Assembly: GCA_934728585.1 (NCBI GenBank)
Contig: CAKVDZ010000008.1
Location: forward strand, 4,559-68,558
Direction: 5' to 3'
Source: an uncultured Candidatus Melainabacteria bacterium
GTDB lineage: Bacteria > Cyanobacteriota > Vampirovibrionia > Gastranaerophilales > Gastranaerophilaceae
Length of the DNA: 64,000 nucleotides
Shown here: positions 19,586 to 28,295 of the stretch, piece by piece
Numbering within the stretch: position 1 is the stretch's first letter
Layout of the letters: every line of letters begins with the position of its first letter
Position numbers and translations under genes: made by a program
Notes under the pieces: model-generated
Told to the model about the DNA's origin: nothing
What the model saw: the letters and a program-made list of their open reading frames with translations, nothing else
Databases searched by the model: none

Positions 19586-20143
19586 TTAATTAAATTTGTT
19601 TTGCGCACGCTCAATTCCATCTTTCAAGTAGCACTGAACTGCATCAACCGCTGTTTTTAAAGCTTCTTTCAAAATTGGTTCTTGCTCTTTCGAAAAGTTT
19701 TGCAAAACAAAAGCTTCCGACGGTATTGGAGGTTGAGGACCTACGCCAACTTTTAATCTATCAAATTTATTTGTACCGACATGCTTTATGATTGATTTAA
19801 TACCATTATGTCCGCCGTCAGAACCATTTGCTCTAAAACGCAATCTGCCTAAATCTAAACAAATATCGTCATAAATTATTAATATATCTTTTACATCGAT
19901 TTTATAATAATTCATAACCAAACTAACGGCTTCACCAGATAAATTCATAAATGTAGTTGGTTTAATTATAATAACATCTTCACCATTAAATTTAATTTTA
20001 GTAAATAAACATTTTAATTTGCTTTCTTCTCTAAATGAAAAACCCTCGTTTACAGCCCAATAGTCTACTGTCATAAATCCAGCATTATGGCGTGTAAAAG
20101 CGTATTTATCTCCGACATTTCCTAGAGCAACTATTAGTTTCAA
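19586..20143 (-). CDS. pth: Peptidyl-tRNA hydrolase
   Basis: MKLIVALGNVGDKYAFTRHNAGF, GGHNGIKSI. Confidence 0.92.
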   Translation of the reverse strand: MKLIVALGNVGDKYAFTRHNAGFMTVDYWAVNEGFSFREESKLKCLFTKIKFNGEDVIIIKPTTFMNLSGEAVSLVMNYYKIDVKDILIIYDDICLDLGRLRFRANGSDGGHNGIKSIIKHVGTNKFDRLKVGVGPQPPIPSEAFVLQNFSKEQEPILKEALKTAVDAVQCYLKDGIERAQNKFN

Positions 20144-20309
20144 AATTTATCCTTTTTGTTATTTATAAAAAATACCTTTTAATTATAATTTTAACGCAAA
20201 TAAATATTACCAACGGTATTATCTACCTTTCGCTTAACAAATTGATAAAAAGAAGTTATTTTATGATTGACGGAGACTCCAAAAAAAATATTTTATAGGG
20301 GAGATACAA

Positions 20310-20879
20310 ATGACAGCAAAAAATAAGCAAATATTAAAAGAAAAGAGTTCCAAAAAAGTTGCAGATTTTTTAGAGAAAAGTGGTTTACATAAAAAAGACT
20401 TTGCAGAAATGATAGGCGTAACTCTATCTTACGTATACAATTTAATAGATAATACAATACCATTTTCAACAAGAAGCACAACTTTAGAGCGCATCGCGAC
20501 AATTATGGAAATTGCACCAGAAGAATTTGATGAATACAAAATTCCGCAAGAACCAATTTTGATAGATGAATCAGTAGAATTTATTAAACAGAAAATTGCT
20601 CAAAAAGGTTTGAGTATAGTCAATTTCTTAAAATCATTTCCACGTAAGAAAAGACTTGATACTGTCGACATGCTAAGGGGAGCTTTACCAATTCCTATTG
20701 ATTTCAAAGAATTGAACATGCTCGCACAAGTTCTTGATCTTACCACAGATGAAATCTATCCAATCTGGGAAAATCGAGTAAAACAAGTGCTAGAAGCAGG
20801 CGGAATGAACATTTATTCAAATGCAGCATTAGTTAATTCAATGTTTGAGTGTGCAAAAAAATATATTGATTTAAAATAG
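20310..20879 (+). CDS. HTH-domain protein (XRE-like), hypothetical
   Basis: LHKKDFAEMIGVTLSYVYNLIDN is HTH-like, and a second HTH-like unit occurs near residue 95. Confidence 0.55.
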   Translation: MTAKNKQILKEKSSKKVADFLEKSGLHKKDFAEMIGVTLSYVYNLIDNTIPFSTRSTTLERIATIMEIAPEEFDEYKIPQEPILIDESVEFIKQKIAQKGLSIVNFLKSFPRKKRLDTVDMLRGALPIPIDFKELNMLAQVLDLTTDEIYPIWENRVKQVLEAGGMNIYSNAALVNSMFECAKKYIDLK

Positions 20880-20908
20880 CTAAAAGCAAGCTATAACAAC
20901 GAAAAAAA

Positions 20909-20939
20909 GACTAAATTCAAAAATTTAGTCTTTTTTTTT
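20909..20939 (+). terminator. Rho-independent terminator
   Basis: gactaaatt / aatttagtc stem followed by a run of nine T. Confidence 0.75.
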
Positions 20940-20962
20940 GAAAAAATTTTAAAAAAAGTAGT

Positions 20963-20991
20963 TGACGTAGAACTTTGTTCTTGGTAAATTA
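20963..20991 (+). promoter_or_regulatory. Sigma-70-type promoter upstream of tRNA-Lys
   Basis: TTGACG, 17 nt spacer, TAAATT. Confidence 0.6.
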
Positions 20992-21115
20992 TTTGTACAG
21001 GGAATCGAAAGGTTCAGACTTGTCAACTCAGTAGTTCTTTAAGTAGGACTCGACTAAAAGGTGAATAGTTAATAGTTTCACCCCTGAGAACAAGGCAAAT
21101 TGAATTAAAAAGTGT

Positions 21116-21191
21116 GCGCTTGTAGCTTAGCAGGTAGAGCACTCCCCTTTTAAGGGATAGGTCGCGCGTTCGAATCGCGCCAAGCGCACCA
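21116..21191 (+). tRNA. tRNA-Lys (anticodon TTT), CCA encoded
   Basis: Hand-folded cloverleaf: acceptor gcgcttg/caagcgc, anticodon loop cttttaa, T arm gcgcg-ttcgaat-cgcgc, 3' ACCA. Confidence 0.9.
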
Positions 21192-21204
21192 CTTTTAAAA
21201 ATAT

Positions 21205-21232
21205 AAAGGTCCGCGTCAGGGACCTTTTTTTT
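21205..21232 (+). terminator. Rho-independent terminator after tRNA-Lys
   Basis: aaaggtcc / ggaccttt stem, 7-nt loop, T8 tract. Confidence 0.8.
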
Positions 21233-21323
21233 ATTGCAAATTTTTAAATTTACCTCTCGAAACATACATTTAAAACACGATAATATTTACAGATTATTCA
21301 CAATTTTTTAAAAATAATATATA

Positions 21324-21932
21324 ATGTTGATTATGAAGAAGCTTTTTATATTATTATTTATATTTTTAGCTATCCCTTTAACTGCGAGTGCTAAAGTAAT
21401 AAAAGTTCAAGCTATTACACCGTTTGACAGCAACAACCCACCACACAATTTTAGCATACGTTTAAAAGACAATATTATAAATGAAGATGTATCTTTTTAC
21501 AAAGGTATGGTTATGAGTGGATATATTTACCAAACAATTCCTCCAAAAAGACTAAAACAAGACGCTTCGTTTATTTTTATACCAACAAAATATGTTGATT
21601 TTCAAGGAAGTGTACATCCCTTAACAAATGTTGTTTGTAAATACACAACAAGATTTAAACCTAAAGAAGCAATAACAAATGCGCTATATGTATTTGGTAC
21701 CGTACCAATTATGGCAGTAACAGCTGGATATTACGCAACAGAGGGTGCTATAAATAACAAACAACCAAACAAAAAAGACACACTAAAAGCTTCAGCAGAA
21801 AATGTTTATGAAAATTCTCCTCTATCATTAATCGAAAAAGGTGATTTTTTAAGAATCAAACAAAATCAGGATTTTTTACTTAATTTTGTAATAATTAAAC
21901 AACAAAGCCGAATTATGAGTATAAAAAGGTAA
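21324..21932 (+). CDS. Hypothetical secreted protein, paralog A
   Basis: Signal peptide ending ASAKV; paralogous to 21940..22557 (DSNNPPHNF vs DSDNPPINF, KRLKQDASF vs QRLKQNATF, KYTT). Confidence 0.6.
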   Translation: MLIMKKLFILLFIFLAIPLTASAKVIKVQAITPFDSNNPPHNFSIRLKDNIINEDVSFYKGMVMSGYIYQTIPPKRLKQDASFIFIPTKYVDFQGSVHPLTNVVCKYTTRFKPKEAITNALYVFGTVPIMAVTAGYYATEGAINNKQPNKKDTLKASAENVYENSPLSLIEKGDFLRIKQNQDFLLNFVIIKQQSRIMSIKR

Positions 21933-21939
21933 ATTAAAC

Positions 21940-22557
21940 ATGAAAAAATTTATTTTGACATTTCTTTTTATATTTATTTTTGCAAGTCCAACTTTTGCAA
22001 AAGCTACTCAGGTTGAGGCTATGAGTGAATACGATAGCGATAATCCGCCGATTAATTTTGTATTTAAAGTTGTAGAATATAACGAAATTGAAAATTTCAC
22101 ATGCCTTTTTGATGGCGATATTATTGAATCAGAAGTTGTTAAAACAAAAGATAATCAACGTCTAAAACAAAATGCAACTTTTGCATTAAAAATAAATAGA
22201 ATAATTCATAGAAATGGCGACATTTTAGAGCCTAATAATGTTTTTGCTAAGTACACAACGGCTCTTGATAAAATTGAAATTTCAAAAAATGTAGCGCTAA
22301 GTGTTGGAAATTATTTTGTAAAAGGTGTTTCTATTGGTTATCGCACAGTTGAGGGTGCTGTTAAAAATACAGAAGGCAATCGTTTTAAATCTAGCGGTGT
22401 TGCTTTCGTAAATTCTACTCCTCTTGGATATATTAACAAAGGTAACGAAATAAAATTAAAAGCTGGTGACAAATTTTTACTAAATATTGAGGCCATTGAC
22501 ATTTCAAACCCATCTATTATTGATGAATATAAGTATAATGTTATCAAACCATATTAA
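21940..22557 (+). CDS. Hypothetical secreted protein, paralog B
   Basis: Signal peptide ending TFAKA; tandem paralog of 21324..21932. Confidence 0.6.
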   Translation: MKKFILTFLFIFIFASPTFAKATQVEAMSEYDSDNPPINFVFKVVEYNEIENFTCLFDGDIIESEVVKTKDNQRLKQNATFALKINRIIHRNGDILEPNNVFAKYTTALDKIEISKNVALSVGNYFVKGVSIGYRTVEGAVKNTEGNRFKSSGVAFVNSTPLGYINKGNEIKLKAGDKFLLNIEAIDISNPSIIDEYKYNVIKPY

Positions 22558-22603
22558 TACTCTTTTTAGATGATTTAAGTCATGAAAAACATGGCTAACA
22601 TGC

Positions 22604-22873
22604 ATGTCAGATGGGGGATACAGCATGAAAGACATCGTAAAAAATTTAACAGACCAAATTGAATCTCTAAGTAGCGACGCTCATTTTTATGACATGCAAA
22701 TTTTGTTTATAACTAATTTGCAAAAAACTTCACCTGAAGTTGAAAGAGAAATGGACGGAGAAACATTTGACTCAATTATTGAAGAAGATAAAAAAATGAA
22801 AGAAAAAGTTCTTCAACAAATTGCATCATTGAATGTTCAACTTAAATCTTTAACAAACGAAAAAGCGTCTTAG
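22604..22873 (+). CDS. Small hypothetical coiled-coil protein
   Basis: The likely start is the ATG at 22625 (MKDIVKNL), preceded by GGGGGA. Its 3' end overlaps the convergent miaA by 4 nt. Confidence 0.45.
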   Translation: MSDGGYSMKDIVKNLTDQIESLSSDAHFYDMQILFITNLQKTSPEVEREMDGETFDSIIEEDKKMKEKVLQQIASLNVQLKSLTNEKAS

Positions 22874-23718
22874 TCTATGCCTAGCGCTTTATTTCGTCTA
22901 AACCAAGTTAATTGACGTTTTGCATAATTACGAGAGTGTTGTTTAATCAATTCAACAGCTCTTTCTAAAGAAATTTCACCGTCAATATATTGTAAAATTT
23001 CTTGGTAACCTATTGTTTTTACAAAATTTGGAATTCTACCGTGTTTTGCCAGCAAAGATTTTGTTTCCTCGAACAAACCTAATTCCATCATCTTATCTAC
23101 ACGTTCATTTACCCTTTTATAAATTTCCTCTCGTGGCATATTAATCCCTATCCACTCAACATCGTAAGGCTTTTCCTTTTGTTTTTCAATTTCTGATAAA
23201 GGTTGATTTAAACCTCTGCAAATCTCAATTGCGCGAATAATTTTTCTTTTTTCAGGGACATCAAATCCATCAAGAGTTTTTTGATCTAGTTTTGCAAGAA
23301 TTTCAACAAGTTCTTCTAATGTTTTTTCATTTAATTCTTTTCTTAATTCAACATTTGGTGAAACTCTAGGTAAATCATAACCCTCTAAAAGTAATCTGAA
23401 ATATAGTCCTGTACCACCAACAATTATTGGAGTTTTACCTTTAGATAAAATTTCTTCAATAGCTTTTGTTGCATCATCAACGTATAAACCTGCTGTATAA
23501 TCAACTTCAGGTTCAACAACATCAATTAGGTAATGTTTAATGCCCTCACGTTCTTCAATCGTAGGCTTGGCAACAGCAATTTCAAATCCTTTATACACAA
23601 GTCTTGAATCTGCCGAAACAATTTCACCATTAAGTTTATGCGCTAACTCAACAGCAAGTTTACTCTTGCCCGTTGCTGTCGGCGATGCTATTGCTATTAC
23701 CTTTGATTTTTTCTTCAT
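22870..23718 (-). CDS. miaA: tRNA dimethylallyltransferase
   Basis: VIAIASPTATGKSKLAVELA, IVSADSRLVYKG, HYLID. The ORF track start at 23739 is probably too long. Confidence 0.9.
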   Translation of the reverse strand: MKKKSKVIAIASPTATGKSKLAVELAHKLNGEIVSADSRLVYKGFEIAVAKPTIEEREGIKHYLIDVVEPEVDYTAGLYVDDATKAIEEILSKGKTPIIVGGTGLYFRLLLEGYDLPRVSPNVELRKELNEKTLEELVEILAKLDQKTLDGFDVPEKRKIIRAIEICRGLNQPLSEIEKQKEKPYDVEWIGINMPREEIYKRVNERVDKMMELGLFEETKSLLAKHGRIPNFVKTIGYQEILQYIDGEISLERAVELIKQHSRNYAKRQLTWFRRNKALGID

Positions 23719-24508
23719 AATATAAAAATAATAATACAAATATATAAACGATAAAATAGAAATATATCAATGTCATAACGAAATAAGAAATTGGATTAAA
23801 CATTGAAATATAGTTCAAAATCATCATTATAACGTTTAAAACAGAAATAACGATAAATAACAAGATGCTTTGCGGACGCTGAAATATTCTTTTAACAGAA
23901 TAAAACAAGGCTTTTATTGGATTTTTTGTTGAATATAACAACTCTACAGGCCAAAACATTGTAAACAAAGAAAAAATTTGTAATGAAAACATTATTAAAA
24001 AGTACCAATAATTTAATTTTAAAACTTGAGTTTTAGTCATAGAATCAATCAAAGCCTGCATTGCAACAGGAGCCTCTGTTGCTGATATAAATTGAGAAGA
24101 TGTCACTCCTATACTGCCTATCAAATTTAATCCAATATAATAAACTGATACCAAAACAATATCACCAAATATTAAAAATGCTATAGAAAGACCAATATAA
24201 GGTCCCATATAATCAGCAATACCTACTGGAAACTCATTGATAAGCTTAAATGTTTCGTTTTCTCGATGCAAAACTTTGTTTTTAAAATTATAAATGGCAG
24301 TTTTAATCATATAAAACCAACCAGACATAAATGCGCTAATCATTAAAAGTAAAGTCAAAAAGAATAAAAGTGCAGATGGCAAAACTTTAACAGCGTCCTT
24401 TGCAACAATTAAATAAATATTAATAAGTAAAAGAAACACCAAAAGCGGAGTAGCCAAGACAATATTTTCGCTTGAAACTTTAAATGCATCTTTAAACACT
24501 TTTATCAT
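23660..24508 (-). CDS. Hypothetical polytopic membrane protein
   Basis: 282 aa with about 6-7 hydrophobic segments. Its 3' end overlaps miaA by about 59 nt. Confidence 0.6.
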   Translation of the reverse strand: MIKVFKDAFKVSSENIVLATPLLVFLLLINIYLIVAKDAVKVLPSALLFFLTLLLMISAFMSGWFYMIKTAIYNFKNKVLHRENETFKLINEFPVGIADYMGPYIGLSIAFLIFGDIVLVSVYYIGLNLIGSIGVTSSQFISATEAPVAMQALIDSMTKTQVLKLNYWYFLIMFSLQIFSLFTMFWPVELLYSTKNPIKALFYSVKRIFQRPQSILLFIVISVLNVIMMILNYISMFNPISYFVMTLIYFYFIVYIFVLLFLYYEEKIKGNSNSIADSNGQE

Positions 24509-24519
24509 AAAAACCTCGC

Positions 24520-25662
24520 TTATACAGTTTGTTTTTCTTTTCTTTCCTCAATCGAATTTTTTCTTTTTTTACGACGCATTAAGTCAACAAAAGCTTCAAG
24601 TCTTGTGATATAACCAGCTTTTCCTGATTGTTCGTCCATTACAAGAGTTAATATTGGAATATTGTGTTCTTCTCTCATTGCTGGGAAAATATTTTGCGAC
24701 ATGATTTCTGGCATACAAGTAAATGGGCTGATGTGAATAATACCATCTTTCTTATTAACATCAGCATAAGCAACGTCAGATACACATTCTAAAGAGTCAC
24801 CACCGATATCTCTATTAAGATAAGGCTTTGCCATTCTTTCAGCTCTTTGCAAGTGAGTTTCTTTACCTCTAAAGATTTTTGGAATAATTGCATCTTTTAA
24901 GAAACTACTTACTGTCAAGCTACGTCTTGTTTGTACACCCATTTTTCCTAACTCTCTTTCGATATATTGGTTAGAGAAAGGATCACCAACCAAGTAAATT
25001 TCACCTGTAATATCTACATGCAAAACTTCTCTATTTTTATCAATTTTAGTTTTTGCCATTTCAGCTTTAACTTGTTTTTTTACTTTTCTCAATTCGCCAA
25101 GCGTACTAATTTTTTTGTACATTTCCAAGCATTTATTGTAATGTTTTTCAGCTTCACCCTGATTGATTTCACGAGCTCTGTAATAAGCCAACATTGTTTC
25201 TAAATCATCAAGAGCAAAAACCATTTTTATCATCATGAAAATAGCACCAACTGTTGCGAAGAAATCATCTTTGCCAATTAATTCGTGGAAAAAGTTAAAC
25301 AAACCTTTAATTCCATCGTATAATGATAGTTCAATGTAATTTGCTTCGTATCCTAAATCAGCCAATGCACTTTGAATATTGATACCGTATACGCCTAATC
25401 TACAGCAACCTGGAGATGTTAGCATAGCAACGTAATCAGTACCGCCCTCAATTGCTTCTATAAAGTTACCTAAGATTAATTTATAAGGTAAACAAACAGA
25501 TTCAGGAGCATTTTTTACACCTAAAGATAACGTTCTTTTGTTTGTATAAGGTGGAACATAAGCTTCAACACCAAATCTTCTCAAGGCAGCAGACCAAGCT
25601 ACTGAAATTGTTCCCATGTGAGGAAATGCTACTTTAATTTTTTTCTTATTTTTTTCTTTCAT
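24520..25662 (-). CDS. Acyl-CoA dehydratase activase-related protein (stand-alone DUF2229-like domain)
   Basis: VAFPHMGT...FGVEAYVPPYTNKRTLSLGVKNAPESVCLPYKL pattern, as in the C-terminal domains of BcrAD/BadFG-type activase giants. No ATPase domain here. Confidence 0.6.
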   Translation of the reverse strand: MKEKNKKKIKVAFPHMGTISVAWSAALRRFGVEAYVPPYTNKRTLSLGVKNAPESVCLPYKLILGNFIEAIEGGTDYVAMLTSPGCCRLGVYGINIQSALADLGYEANYIELSLYDGIKGLFNFFHELIGKDDFFATVGAIFMMIKMVFALDDLETMLAYYRAREINQGEAEKHYNKCLEMYKKISTLGELRKVKKQVKAEMAKTKIDKNREVLHVDITGEIYLVGDPFSNQYIERELGKMGVQTRRSLTVSSFLKDAIIPKIFRGKETHLQRAERMAKPYLNRDIGGDSLECVSDVAYADVNKKDGIIHISPFTCMPEIMSQNIFPAMREEHNIPILTLVMDEQSGKAGYITRLEAFVDLMRRKKRKNSIEERKEKQTV

Positions 25663-25663
25663 A

Positions 25664-27091
25664 CTAGTTTTCCATTCTATAATTCAAATCTGGTTTTCTT
25701 GCGGCAAGGGTTTCATCAATTTTCTTAACGGGTGTGCTATTTGGCGCACTTAAAATAATTTCTGGATTTTCTTGCACTTCTTTTGCAATTTTTAGCATTA
25801 CGCTAATAAATTCATCTAGTCTTTCTTTTCCCTCAGATTCAGTAGGTTCAATCATCATAGCTTCATGAACAATTAGAGGGAAATAAATTGTTGGTGGGTG
25901 AATATCACTATCCATAAGACGTTTAGCCATATTCAAGGTAGAAATACCTTTTTCTTTTTGTAAATCACCTGATAAAACAAACTCATGCATACAAGGTTCA
26001 TCATAAGGTATTTTAAAATCTTTTTTTAGATGTTCTTTTATGTAATTAGCGTTCAACACAGCATCTGTGCTAACTTGTTTCAAATCTTTACCCATCATCA
26101 AAATGTACGAATATGCTCTAACAAGTACACCGAAATTACCAAAATAACCTTTAACATTGCCGATTGAATGTGCTAAATTATAATTTCTAGAATATTTTTT
26201 ACCATCATATTCTATAACTGGCACAGGCAAAAAGTCTTTTAACTTTTCAACAACACCAACAGGACCAGCCCCTGGGCCACCACCACCGTGAGGAGTTGAG
26301 AAAGTTTTGTGTAAATTCAAATGTACAATATCAAAGCCCATTAGTTTTGGATTTGTATAACCCATAATAGCGTTAAAGTTTGCGCCATCATAATATAATA
26401 ATGAACCGTTCTCGTGCATTATTTTTGAAATTTCTAATACATTTTCTTCAAAAATACCCAAGGTATTAGGATTTGTCATCATAATCGCAGCAACGTCTTT
26501 ATCTAACAAGGCTTTCAAAGCTTCAATATCAACTTGACCTTTTTCGTTAGATTTAACTTCTACAATGTCAAATCCAGCCATTTTAGCACTTGCAGGGTTT
26601 GTACCATGTGCAGAATCTGGAATAATAACTTTTTTTCTATCCTCGCCAATTGATTCAAAGTATTTTTTTACAATCATCATTCCTGTAAATTCACCGTGAG
26701 CACCAGCTGCTGGTTGTAAAGTTACAGCGTCCATACCTGTTACAACTTTCAAAGCTTCTTGAAGTTTATACATCAACTCTAAAGCCCCTTGAACATCTTC
26801 ATCTTTTAAGGCTGGGTGCAAATTTAAAAAACCTTCTAAATTTGCCAACATTTCGTTAACTTTTGGATTGTATTTCATTGTACAAGAACCCAATGGATAA
26901 AAACCTTTTTCTATGCAAAAGTTCTTGTCAGAAAGTTGTTTATAATGACGCAAGACTTCTAATTCGCTTGTTTGTGGCAAACCTAAAGAACCTTTTCTTA
27001 AAAATTTTTCATCAATAAAATCAACTTTTTCTTCTCCATTAAAAAAGTTAATCCCATTGATATTATTACTTTTTTCAAATATATTTTTCAA
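25664..27091 (-). CDS. gcvPB: Glycine dehydrogenase (aminomethyl-transferring) subunit 2
   Basis: HLNLHKTFSTPHGGGGPGAGPVGV (PLP-Lys region); 475 aa. Confidence 0.9.
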   Translation of the reverse strand: MKNIFEKSNNINGINFFNGEEKVDFIDEKFLRKGSLGLPQTSELEVLRHYKQLSDKNFCIEKGFYPLGSCTMKYNPKVNEMLANLEGFLNLHPALKDEDVQGALELMYKLQEALKVVTGMDAVTLQPAAGAHGEFTGMMIVKKYFESIGEDRKKVIIPDSAHGTNPASAKMAGFDIVEVKSNEKGQVDIEALKALLDKDVAAIMMTNPNTLGIFEENVLEISKIMHENGSLLYYDGANFNAIMGYTNPKLMGFDIVHLNLHKTFSTPHGGGGPGAGPVGVVEKLKDFLPVPVIEYDGKKYSRNYNLAHSIGNVKGYFGNFGVLVRAYSYILMMGKDLKQVSTDAVLNANYIKEHLKKDFKIPYDEPCMHEFVLSGDLQKEKGISTLNMAKRLMDSDIHPPTIYFPLIVHEAMMIEPTESEGKERLDEFISVMLKIAKEVQENPEIILSAPNSTPVKKIDETLAARKPDLNYRMEN

Positions 27092-27093
27092 AA

Positions 27094-27717
27094 TTAAATC
27101 ATCTCCTGCTTTGCTAATTCTTTTTTTATTCTATTCAACCCAGATTGAATAATTCTTGAAATTCTAGATGGCGAAATTTGATATTCTTCAGACATTTCGC
27201 GCAATTTTTTATCTTTAAAAAATTTTTGTTCAATAAATTCTTTTTCGCGTTCAGGTAGAGTTTCCATTAAAGCTTCGACTTTAGATTTAAGTTGAGTAAA
27301 CATCAACATTTCCTCAGGGCTTCTGTCTGTTGAACGGATAATTGTAGGATTTTCAGCATCTGCCATTTCATCAACCGACAAAATAGTCTTATACATAGCC
27401 TCTCTAACACCATCTGTATCTTCCATAATGTCGCGTTTTTGCTTCATTGAATACCATTTATAACGACGTCTAACTTCATTTCTTATAGACCATTTTATAG
27501 CGGTTGATAGATAAGATTGATTGTACGAGTCAGGTGATTTATGTTTAAAAAGAATATACAATGTTTGGGTGCCAATGTTAACCATTTCTAAGTAGTCCAA
27601 AAGATGCGAAGTCGATGCCATCTTTGAAGCTTCAACTTTACAAACTGTTTCGATTAGATTTTGATAGTCTTTTAGATTAACATTCTGTACTGGCGGCATG
27701 CCACTCACCTTAATCAC
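27094..27717 (-). CDS. Sigma-70 family RNA polymerase sigma factor (divergent, FliA/SigF-size)
   Basis: Region 2-like YLSTAIKWSIRNEVRR. Region 4 LPEREKEFIEQKFF...MSEEYQISPSRISRIIQSGLNRIKK. Confidence 0.7.
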   Translation of the reverse strand: MIKVSGMPPVQNVNLKDYQNLIETVCKVEASKMASTSHLLDYLEMVNIGTQTLYILFKHKSPDSYNQSYLSTAIKWSIRNEVRRRYKWYSMKQKRDIMEDTDGVREAMYKTILSVDEMADAENPTIIRSTDRSPEEMLMFTQLKSKVEALMETLPEREKEFIEQKFFKDKKLREMSEEYQISPSRISRIIQSGLNRIKKELAKQEMI

Positions 27718-27790
27718 ACAATATCCTTAACTTAATTATACCAAACAATAATATTTTTAGTTTAATTTGTTAAATAATGCTTACAATTAC

Positions 27791-27826
27791 AAAAAAGAGC
27801 ACAAAACGTACGTTTTGTGCTCTTTT
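27791..27826 (-). terminator. Rho-independent terminator of rpsT
   Basis: Palindrome gagcacaaaacg-ta-cgttttgtgctc, with a T tract on the minus strand. Confidence 0.8.
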
Positions 27827-27847
27827 AAATTTTTGAGAAAAATCAAA

Positions 27848-28117
27848 TTATTCAGCCATTAATTTTTTAGCTGCTAAAGTTAATCTTGATTTTTTTCTAG
27901 AAGCTGTATTTTTGTGTAAAATACCTTTTGAAACAGCTTTATCACAAAGTTGGTATGCTTTTGATAAAGCGCCTTTTAATGCTTCTTCGTCTTTGGCTTT
28001 TGCTAATTCAAGAACTTTTTTCAAAGCTGTTTTGATTGAAGTTTTGAAAGCTACGTTTTTTTCGTGATTTCTTTCTGCAATCAATACTCTTTTCTTAGCC
28101 GATTTAATATTTGCCAT
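27848..28117 (-). CDS. rpsT: 30S ribosomal protein S20
   Basis: MANIKSAKKRVLIAERNHEKN...; 89 aa. Confidence 0.92.
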   Translation of the reverse strand: MANIKSAKKRVLIAERNHEKNVAFKTSIKTALKKVLELAKAKDEEALKGALSKAYQLCDKAVSKGILHKNTASRKKSRLTLAAKKLMAE

Positions 28118-28207
28118 TTTGTCCTTCTTTCTTTTACTGAGAGCAAATAAAAAGTTAATGACTCTTTTTACTAACTCCTATAACTCTGAGGATAGTGAGT
28201 TACACAA

Positions 28208-28236
28208 ATTGTAGAATAAATAAAAATCTATGTCAA
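28208..28236 (-). promoter_or_regulatory. Consensus-like sigma-70 promoter for rpsT
   Basis: On the minus strand: TTGACA, 17 nt spacer, TACAAT. This leaves a leader of about 90 nt. Confidence 0.6.
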
Positions 28237-28295
28237 CAATTTGTAACTATCAAGTTATTAATTAAGGTTATATTAACAAAGGAACAATCCCCTTA

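Noticed and set aside
21023-21265. 80-aa minus-strand ORF.
   Set aside because: It runs straight through tRNA-Lys and its terminator, so it is an artefact of the stop-free tRNA region.
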